Shown in pieces: positions 53,252-64,000 of a DNA stretch of 64,000 nt (its first letter is position 1; the number at the start of each line of letters is the position of its first letter). A model generated the notes under the pieces. It was given only the letters and a program-made list of their open reading frames with translations, searched no databases and had not been told where the DNA came from. The DNA lies in contig OZ024741.1 in the NCBI GenBank assembly GCA_964016885.1, positions 319,796,001-319,860,000 on the forward strand, given 5' to 3'. The stretch comes from Eledone cirrhosa (taxonomy: Eukaryota). A program made the position numbers and the translations under genes.

Positions 53252-53282
<31 letters not shown>

Positions 53283-53315
53283 TTATATATATATATACAT
53301 ACATATATATATATT

Positions 53316-53346
<31 letters not shown>

Positions 53347-53624
53347 TTATATATATATATACATACATATATATATATTTATATATATATATATACATAT
53401 ATATATACATACATATATATATATTTATATATATATATATACACATATATATATATTTATATATATATATATACATATATATATATACATACATATATAT
53501 ATATTTATATATATATATATACACATATATATATATATACATACATATATATATATTTATATATATATATATACACATATATATATATATACATACATAT
53601 ATATATATTTATATATATATATAT

Positions 53625-53722
<98 letters not shown>

Positions 53723-53792
53723 TTATATATATATATATATACATATATATATACATATATATATATACACATATATATATATATATATACAC

Positions 53793-53851
<59 letters not shown>

Positions 53852-53895
53852 CACATATATATATACATACACATATATATATATATACATACATA

Positions 53896-53927
<32 letters not shown>

Positions 53928-53948
53928 CATACACATATATATATATAT

Positions 53949-53979
<31 letters not shown>

Positions 53980-54003
53980 CATATATATACATATATATAT
54001 ATT

Positions 54004-54051
<48 letters not shown>

Positions 54052-54112
54052 TATTTATATATATATACATATATATATATTTATATATATATACATATAT
54101 ATTTATATATAT

Positions 54113-54166
<54 letters not shown>

Positions 54167-54240
54167 CATATATATATACATATATATATACATATATATA
54201 TATAGACGTATATATACATAATATATATATATATATATAT
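52398..54240. repeat. Long compound (TA)n-derived tandem repeat
   Basis: TA runs punctuated periodically by CA and TTT. Confidence 0.95.
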
Positions 54241-54500
54241 AAAATAAAATAAAATAAGATAAATAAATACATACACAAGCACAATAACAACCAGCACATA
54301 AGCACACACTAGTCACCCAGCAGACACAACACTATACACACTAGTCACACAGCAAACATAACACTATACACACACGCAAACGAATGCGCAAAGAAGACAA
54401 AATAAAATAAACAAACAAACAAATAAATAAATAAATATATAGACAGACTGAATAAAAAAAAATTGCGTAGACATACAACGCAACAGGAGGAAAAAATATA

Positions 54501-54545
54501 ACACCACTGACGATGTTGCAGATGTGCAACGAAAGATTTATGTAA
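54501..54545 (+). ncRNA. Hammerhead ribozyme core (stems I and III degenerate)
   Basis: CTGACGA-T-GTTGCA(GATG)TGCAAC-GAAA-GATT-TA with a perfect 6-bp stem II. Confidence 0.6.
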
Positions 54546-54770
54546 ATTATGTAAACTATATATATGTGTTTGTGTCTATATTGTATCTGTATTATTTTTG
54601 ACCGTCGGTCAGTCAATGGCAACATTGAGGACCGATTAAGTTAGATCGCAGATATAAAAGACAGCGAGAAGCGAAAACCAACCAAACAGTGAGTGTGTTC
54701 TGTTATTAATTCTGGCAATATTACACAAATATGACCCTCCCCAAGTATAACTATATATATATATATATAC

Positions 54771-54831
<61 letters not shown>

Positions 54832-54875
54832 TATATGTATATATATATAATTATATATGTATATATATATAATTA

Positions 54876-54953
<78 letters not shown>

Positions 54954-55263
54954 ATATGTTGAGAAGGTAACACACCAGAGAGAGATATATAGTGCATTAT
55001 CAATAATACAGGGAAAAAACCACCAGTGTATGGAATCTATAACCTATGAAAGGCAGACTATAGACACGATAATTAAAAATATAAATTAAAGCGTAAATAT
55101 ATATGTATATATATATAAATATATATATATATGTATATATATATAAATATATATATATGTATATATAAATATATATATATATATGTATATATAAATATAT
55201 ATATATATATGTATATATAAATATATATATATATATGTATATATAAATATATATATATATATG

Positions 55264-55311
<48 letters not shown>

Positions 55312-55325
55312 TATATATATATATG

Positions 55326-55441
<116 letters not shown>

Positions 55442-55449
55442 TATATATA

Positions 55450-55569
<120 letters not shown>

Positions 55570-55725
55570 GGAATAAATGCTCTGAAATAGCGATATATAT
55601 GTGAATATAGACATAGAATATTCGAAAATATTCTGTATGTTTATAATAAACATTTTGAAGACCTAATCGCTATAGAATAGAATACGTCACGTATTACAAT
55701 TAGATTCTCGATAAAAGCAAGGGAA

Positions 55726-55768
55726 GTAATCTACGCGTTTCATTCTTGTTAGAATTCATCAGGACTAC
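55726..55768 (-). ncRNA. Type I hammerhead ribozyme (inverted unit)
   Basis: Reverse complement of GTAGTC-CTGATGA-ATTCT(AACA)AGAAT-GAAA-CGCG-TA-GATTAC. Confidence 0.9.
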
Positions 55769-55985
55769 ATATCCAGTGCTTTTATCGAGAATGACACAGC
55801 TAGAGACTTATAGAATACTTAGCTGTGTACAGGAACTGGTTTGAAAGAGCGGTTGCCGGTCCGGCAGAAATTAGAAATTGGAATAAATGCTCTGAAATAG
55901 CGATATATATGTGAATATAGACATAGAATATTCGAAAATATTCTGTATGTTTATAATAAACATTCTCGATAAAAGCACTGGATAT

Positions 55986-56028
55986 GTAGTCCTGATGAAT
56001 TCTAACAAGAATGAAACGCGTAGATTAC
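55986..56028 (+). ncRNA. Type I hammerhead ribozyme, unit 1
   Basis: Stem I GTAGTC/GATTAC, core CTGATGA (55992-55998), stem II ATTCT/AGAAT, GAAA, palindromic stem III ACGCGT, and a GUA cleavage triplet ending at 56022. Confidence 0.92.
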
Positions 56029-56295
56029 TTCCCTTGCTTTTATCGAGAATCTAATTGTAATACGTGACGTATTCTATTCTATAGCGATTAGGTCTTCAAA
56101 ATGTTTATTATAAACATACAGAATATTTTCGAATATTCTATGTCTATATTCACATATATATCGCTATTTCAGAGCATTTATTCCAATTTCTAATTTCTGC
56201 CGGACCGGCAACCGCTCTTTCAAACCAGTTCCTGTACACAGCTAAGTATTCTATAAGTCTCTAGCTGTGTCATTCTCGATAAAAGCACTGGATAT

Positions 56296-56338
56296 GTAGT
56301 CCTGATGAATTCTAACAAGAATGAAACGCGTAGATTAC
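56296..56338 (+). ncRNA. Type I hammerhead ribozyme, unit 2
   Basis: Identical motif at +310 bp. Confidence 0.92.
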
Positions 56339-56605
56339 TTCCCTTGCTTTTATCGAGAATCTAATTGTAATACGTGACGTATTCTATTCTATAGCGATTA
56401 GGTCTTCAAAATGTTTATTATAAACATACAGAATATTTTCGAATATTCTATGTCTATATTCACATATATATCGCTATTTCAGAGCATTTATTCCAATTTC
56501 TAATTTCTGCCGGACCGGCAACCGCTCTTTCAAACCAGTTCCTGTACACAGCTAAGTATTCTATAAGTCTCTAGCTGTGTCATTCTCGATAAAAGCACTG
56601 GATAT

Positions 56606-56648
56606 GTAGTCCTGATGAATTCTAACAAGAATGAAACGCGTAGATTAC
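56606..56648 (+). ncRNA. Type I hammerhead ribozyme, unit 3
   Basis: Identical motif at +620 bp. Confidence 0.92.
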
Positions 56649-56809
56649 TTCCCTTGCTTTTATCGAGAATCTAATTGTAATACGTGACGTATTCTATTCT
56701 ATAGCGATTAGGTCTTCAAAATGTTTATTATAAACATACAGAATATTTTCGAATATTCTATGTCTATATTCACATATATATATATATAAATATATAAATA
56801 TATAAATAT

Positions 56810-56876
<67 letters not shown>

Positions 56877-56889
56877 TATATATATATAA

Positions 56890-57279
<390 letters not shown>

Positions 57280-57320
57280 TAATTATATATATATACATAT
57301 ATATTTATATATATATATAC

Positions 57321-57368
<48 letters not shown>

Positions 57369-57480
57369 ATTATATATATATATATATAATATATATGTAT
57401 ATATTATATATATATATGTATATATATATATATAAATATAAATATATATATATATATTATATATATATATGTATATATAT

Positions 57481-57539
<59 letters not shown>

Positions 57540-57563
57540 TATATATATACATAAATATATATG

Positions 57564-57665
<102 letters not shown>

Positions 57666-57675
57666 AATATATATG

Positions 57676-57790
<115 letters not shown>

Positions 57791-58110
57791 ATATATATAC
57801 ATATATATATATAATATATATATATATATTTATATTTATATATATATATATACATATATATATATAATATATACATTAAATTATTGACGTATTGTTTTAT
57901 TGATATTTTTTATCTGTTTGGCCCGAATCTTCCTTTATCGATTTTAAATCGTATGGTTGATTGTAGACTTGTTCTATATGTGACGGTATTTTAACGATAG
58001 TTATAGCTCTGATTCATCTGAATTATTGAGCCCTCTGCCGCTCATATCGAATTCCGTTTATCGTGAACTCGTGCGCCGATTTTTCGATACTCGATCTTTC
58101 TAATATATAT

Positions 58111-58165
<55 letters not shown>

Positions 58166-58252
58166 TATATGTATATATATATATATAAATATATATGTAT
58201 ATATATATATATATATATGTATATAAATATATATATATATATATGTATATAA

Positions 58253-58323
<71 letters not shown>

Positions 58324-58373
58324 TATATGTATATATATATATATATGTATATAAATATATATATATATATATG

Positions 58374-58410
<37 letters not shown>

Positions 58411-58492
58411 GAGGTGAGTTTTATTGTAGTACAATAAAGCAATGCAGATATCGGATAAGAAGCACTCTACAGTTTGTGGGACTGGAGTATGC

Positions 58493-58570
58493 ATAATATA
58501 AGATCAAAAGATGGTTAAAGGAGTTCAATATAATAAAATATATTGAACTCCTTTAACCATCTTTTGATCT

Positions 58571-58578
<8 letters not shown>
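58493..58578. repeat. 40-bp-arm perfect hairpin
   Basis: ATAATATAAGATCAAAAGATGGTTAAAGGAGTTCAATATA and its reverse complement, separated by a 6-nt loop. Confidence 0.95.
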
Positions 58579-58649
<71 letters not shown>

Positions 58650-58680
58650 ATTATATATATATTATATATATATATTATAT

Positions 58681-58713
<33 letters not shown>

Positions 58714-58714
<1 letters not shown>

Positions 58715-59589
58715 CAGAAAAGTTCCAGGACTGATGTCACAAAAGATTTATTTCAAACCCAAACTTCACACTAAGAGTTTTCTCCTTCAAAGTAATCCCC
58801 CTGGAGTATGTAACTGTAGTCTTAGCTCTCTGCAGCGATCAGACTTTTTCTTCATAATTTTATATAGATGTCCTCTGTTTCAGGTCGTCAAGGAATGAGC
58901 ACAGAGCAACGAACAAACTTGAAGTTTCTGGTATGGTTGGGGAAAACTCCGTCAGAAGCACTGGGATTGCTGCAGTAAGTGTATGGAGATGAGACGATGT
59001 CACGCTCACGTGTTTTTGAGTGGTGCTAGATGATCCCAGTAGCGGAAGGCCCTCAACAACCAGGACTGAGGTTAACATTGAGCGCGTCAGGCAGATGGTG
59101 CGTAGCGATCGTCAGCTGACTGTTCGACTGATGGCAAATGACCTGGGCATGAATCGTGACAGCGTCTGGAAGATTCTCACTCATGATTTGGACATGCGGC
59201 AAGTCGGCGTGAAGATGGTGACAAAACTGCTGAACGATGACCAGAAGGGTCGACGCATGCAAATGTGCCAGGACATCCTCGAGCGTCTTGAAACCGAACG
59301 AGACTTGCTAGGGACAGTCATCACCGGTGATGAGTCATGGATCTTCGAGTACGACCCAGAGGGAACCCACTTTGAAGACGTGGACGACATCAAAAAGGCC
59401 GTGACGTCAGAACTGTGGAGGATCCCAGAAGAATCCTTCCACGAGTGCATGCAAGCGTGGCAGAAAAGGATGGAAAAGGGCATTAGACTGCAGGGGGATT
59501 ACTTTGAAGGGGAAAACTCTTAGTGTGAAGTTTAGGTTTGAAATAAATCTTTTGTGACATCAGTCCTGGAACCTTTCTGACACACCTCG
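58714..59589 (+). mobile_element. Internally deleted mariner transposon with ~90-bp TIRs
   Basis: HTH region (DDPSSGRPST..TVRLMANDLG), then ITGDESWIFEYDPE fused directly to the C-terminal GTHFEDVDDIK..WQKRMEK..GDYFEG. TIRs at both ends and TA flanks. Confidence 0.9.
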
Positions 59590-59768
59590 TATATATATAT
59601 ATATATATGGGATAACAAGTTATCGTTATAGGTAATCCAGTTAGAGGTTTTGAGTACTCTGTATTGTGGATAGTTTTAACGTACGGCTTTGTTTGTCCCA
59701 ACAAGATGCTTCCATAGTTAGGTAGCGAGTTCGTGAGAATTCCTATGCAGGTTATACTTGGAGTAATA

Positions 59769-60017
59769 ATAGTGAAAGAATGAAGAATATCATGGTCGGC
59801 TGTACAACAAGGGGCTTTATTTCAAGTATTAACAATTGTTTCATTTATCAGGTGAGTCTAAAGGCTACTAATCACTCTGAGGATTTGATCAGAGGTAAAC
59901 ACTGTATTTAAGGTCGAGTGATTAGCGGCCTTTAGACTCACCTGATCAATTAAACAATTATTAATACTTGAAATAAAGCCCCTTGTTGTACAGCCGACCA
60001 TGTTATTCTTCATTCTT

Positions 60018-60024
<7 letters not shown>
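59769..60024. repeat. ~108-bp-arm inverted repeat
   Basis: 59769-59877 versus 59916-60024, with few mismatches. Ends in (TA)n. Confidence 0.92.
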
Positions 60025-60089
<65 letters not shown>

Positions 60090-60221
60090 TATATATATAT
60101 ATAAGTCAGTACTACAAAGACGATATACCAAGTACGTATACCTAAATATTTATATTCAAACACACCCTACAGATTTGAGTTGTTCTATACTTTGGAATAT
60201 TTTTCACGTATTACTACTACT

Positions 60222-60261
<40 letters not shown>

Positions 60262-61879
60262 CACATAAATGTATATAATATGCACACAATATTTACATAA
60301 GTTACTGCCAAGAATATGACCTAACGGACGTATTAAGAAAAAAATACTAAATCTTAAATACACAGTAAAAATTAATTTGAAGCTATTTCAGATGGTTCCA
60401 AAATCATTGTATTAGTAAACACGGGAAAATAACTAAAAATGATTAATAACTAGAGAATGACAAATATAGTCTTCTTGAACGAATATAAAGGAAGAAAAGA
60501 CACGAAAAGATATAAACTATTCTTGCGTTCACATTTGATGTCGGACAGATGGAATAAAGAAACACACAGGAGCAAGAAGCCACCGTAACAAATAATAATA
60601 ATAATAAAAAATGAAAAAGACAAATGAGAGCCAAGCAAACATAGTATTCAGTCAAAAACGAAAAGTTCTCAGTATTGTAACACTGTATGACGATCGGAAA
60701 ACATTCACAATGAAACAAAAAACAAAGATGGAAATGAAGAATAGAATGAAAACAAACAGAAAAGAATACGTTACGAGAAATCAGAGCTAGGAAGATAAGC
60801 AGTCAACGCCGTCGGTTAAAAGGAGAATGATAATTAGAAAACATAAAAATAGAAAACCATATCTTGATTTAAATCTCCACAATGAAGTTACTATCGACAT
60901 TGCATTATAATTAACAATTAACGTTATATAATCAATTCTAAAACTTGAAGAGGAAGATAACCTATTTAACCTTATTGTCAACAATTTGCTAAACATAATG
61001 GAAATAAACAAATTATAAAAGAATGCTTTGGGAGGTTTATAAATTGATAAATAGATACCTAAATAAATCAATCAATAAATAAGTTAATAAATGAAAAATA
61101 TATATTATATATATACGTATGACTATACATAATTTACACACGTAAGTAAATACATAAGACCATAAATAATATATCTTACGTTGCTTGAAAAAACATTACA
61201 CTACAGAAAACACATCCATCTACGAGGGACTCAGTATGTTACATAAGTATTTATAAACATAAGTATTTATAAAGTTTTACTAGTACTACTTCACATAAAA
61301 CCACTACATTGGACATATAATATATTTACATATACAGATACACCCTCATACACTCATACATATGTATATCCATATATGTATGTGCATGCGTCTCTGTGTA
61401 TATATGAGTGTGTATGTTTATGAGTGTGCGTGCGTTTATATATATTTATATCAATGTTTAACTTGCTATTCTTCTTGCACCATTCATATTACCTTTCTTT
61501 TATTCTACTTTGTTAAATTTTAAAGCTTAAAACGTTAGAGCCTTTCCTTTTTTAAACGGTATGATTATTATCATTGTACGCATTTAATTATTTTCAACCA
61601 TTTTTTTTTTGCGATTCATTTTCATATATTTTTTCTACCATGGGTCCTCCTTTTTCACATTTTGTTTACCTAGTTTAATCTCACGCTTCAACCGTCTGTC
61701 CAACTTTCACCTGATTTCTCACAGACTAGTTGTATCGCTTTAATACACATACACACACACGCAGTTTCCTATGGGCAACATCACGAACGCAGTATGTAAG
61801 TGTAGGTGACCCATAAATCATGTAATCAGTTGAGGACTGTATGGAAATGTAGTTCCTTATCTCCCCGGACACCACAATG

Positions 61880-62010
61880 TTATTCCAGAGATATATCGCA
61901 ATATGGGGACGGAGAGATCAGTCTAGTGGTGTAGGATAGAGGGTCCAATTGTCACATTTGTAAAGTCCACTTGCGTAATTTCTGCCCCAAAAGAGGGCAA
62001 AAGAAATAAA
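61880..62010 (+). pseudogene. Possible decayed LINE ORF1 zinc-knuckle remnant
   Basis: GEISLVV*DRGSNCHICKVHLRNFCPK resembles INITVEGRRPSCYLCGTRGHLRAVCP of the LINE at 6720-7853. Confidence 0.35.
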
Positions 62011-62692
62011 ATAGCAGAGACAACAATGGCTAACCATGTACTAAAAGTGAAAACCATAGGGGCTGACAACCCTGTTTCAGATCATACTTCATTGCATATC
62101 CAGGAATAGCTAAGGTGGACGTAAACAAAATGGAGTTGTCCTCACTACCAGCAATATCCTGGGTCGACATCCAACGAGAAGCCGAAGAATCTGGTTCTCT
62201 GGCACAGGCTCAATACATTTTTACGTTAAGCAGAACTGCCCATCATCTTACGGTGATGAGTAGGAGTAGGGATTGTGACACAGCAAGGAAAACTATTGAG
62301 GATATTAAGACATATGGGGAAAATGGGAGCCCAGACAAAAAGAGATCAAGAGATATGAATTCTCTTACGAAGAGTCGCCATGCCTAAGGAGAAACTAAAT
62401 TTTAGGCTATTTCGAAAGGACAATTTCACCTTATTTCATTTAATACTGTTCCTAAAAGATTGAAGGTGAAATTGAGGCCGAGTACAGTTGTCTCTAGATG
62501 GTCGATAAGGACCATATCAAGGATATACCAGCGGTTGACTAACCATAGCCCAGGGAATGTGGGTCCATGCGCAGTTTGGCTGGGACCGAAAAGGCTCCTG
62601 GAAGATTTCGGTGTCGACAATGTTGAGAGACACGTTCTTATCACCCAGTTGATTGTGAACTGCCTTGATCCTAGGTGGCAGGTTTTAATTTC

Positions 62693-62930
62693 TGCGTGGC
62701 CTAGTGGCAAGGGTGTTGGACGTACGATCATAATGCTGTGGGTTCAATTCCTGGGCGGGGATGCATGTTGTATTCTTGAGCAAAACACTTCATTTCACGT
62801 TGCTCTAGTATATTCAGCTGAAAATGAGTGCCAGCAATAGCTGGGAGTTTAACTTTGCAATAGACTGGTATCCTGCCCAAGGGCAAGTCTTGTACTATCA
62901 GTCGCTTCACGCCACAAATCCGGGATAAAA
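62693..62930 (+). mobile_element. SINE family B (CORE-like)
   Basis: Paralog of 21786-22045 with A and B boxes. Confidence 0.8.
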
Positions 62931-62959
62931 TGCGTTGCTGCATTTGTTCCTGATTTCGA

Positions 62960-63300
62960 CTTAGCCTTTCGTTCTTCCGAGATCGATTATATTATATAAA
63001 GTACCAGTCAAATACCGAGTTCGATATAATCGACGTTCCTCTCCCAATAGATTACTGGTCTTTTATAGATAGGGTGGTGGATTGTCAATATCGTTCGACC
63101 GTCGGATATAAATGTTTTATATTATTTGTTACTGCTTTTACATTGTGAATACAAATTCTGCCGAGTTCAACTTACCCTTTCACCCTTCAGGGCTCTATGA
63201 AATAAAGTACCAGTCATATACTGAGGGCGATATAAACAACTTCCCCCACACGCACAAAAAAAACAAACTTTCAGGATTTTTACCCAGATTTGAAATTATT
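62960..63300 (+). mobile_element. Degenerate family A-related SINE fragments
   Basis: ATAAAGTACCAGTC and CCTTTCACCCTTCAGGG motifs. Confidence 0.55.
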
Positions 63301-64000
63301 CATAGACATACAAATTCACTATTTACTAATAAAATTAAATAAAATAAGATATCGATAAATATTACGATTTGTTTTGAGAGTGGGTGTGAACATGTGGGAT
63401 CCACTAGAAAGAAAACCATTAACACGAAACTGCCAGTGTGAGATAAGAGAGAAAAAAATGAATAAGTGAATACATATGAAAAATATGAAAACTAAGAAAA
63501 TTACGATTGCCTTTTTCGAAATCTTGTGTGAATAACTGCTTACTAAGTTTCAAACCTCATAAACATTGCAGAATAATTTATTTCAACGTCGAAACAATTC
63601 TGAGTTATATGAATAATTGAAACACTTGGTTTATCGGAGACTAAAGTTTATGGCTTGAAAACATTTGAGAATAATCAAAATATAAAGAACAATGTATTAT
63701 TAGACAGATATTGTGTATTTCTGTGATATTTAGACATATATTGTGTATTTCAGTGATATTAGATACATATATATATTCTGTGTTTCAATGATAACAGAAA
63801 TGTGGCCGAAACGATTCAATTAGATTCGAGATATTTGCGGTTATTTGGAGAAAGTTTTAATGGAACTGAGTACAAGCACGTTTTACATAGAAGCCGTTTT
63901 TATATGACTATATATCATACGTAGCCGCTTAACGCGATCAAGCTTAAACTTCAAAATCATTTCTTCTTCTTCTTCTTCTTCTTCTTCTTCTTCTTCTCAA

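Noticed and set aside
55961-56780. CRISPR-like array
   Set aside because: The units are identical over their full 310 bp with no unique spacers or cas genes, and the context is eukaryotic.
59935-59980. CTGATCA/CTGATAA...GAAA in the 59.8-kb inverted repeat
   Set aside because: The core is mutated in both arms and there is no convincing stem I or II.

Overview
This is an AT-rich, eukaryotic, repeat-saturated window with no host protein-coding gene I can support. The SINE sequences and dense (TA)n/(CA)n/(TATC)n tracts look cephalopod/Octopus-like (inference). It contains two tandem Tx1/L1-clade LINEs plus fragments sitting in (TATC)n, several Penelope-like elements (PLEs) with the typical inverted-end structure, RTE and R4/Dong-type LINE fragments, two tRNA-derived SINE families, hAT/mariner/pogo-type MITEs, a non-autonomous Helitron and a ~6.6 kb (GGT)-derived Gly-codon minisatellite. 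The most notable signal is a non-coding array of identical 310-bp units at 55567-56780. Each unit carries an intact type I hammerhead ribozyme and folds extensively, which makes it a candidate retrozyme that would release a 310-nt (circular) RNA. At least four other, unrelated hammerhead-bearing families and many snap-back inverted repeats lie in (TA)n tracts, suggesting a local PLE-driven ribozyme mobilome. All calls were made by eye and nothing was searched or folded computationally.
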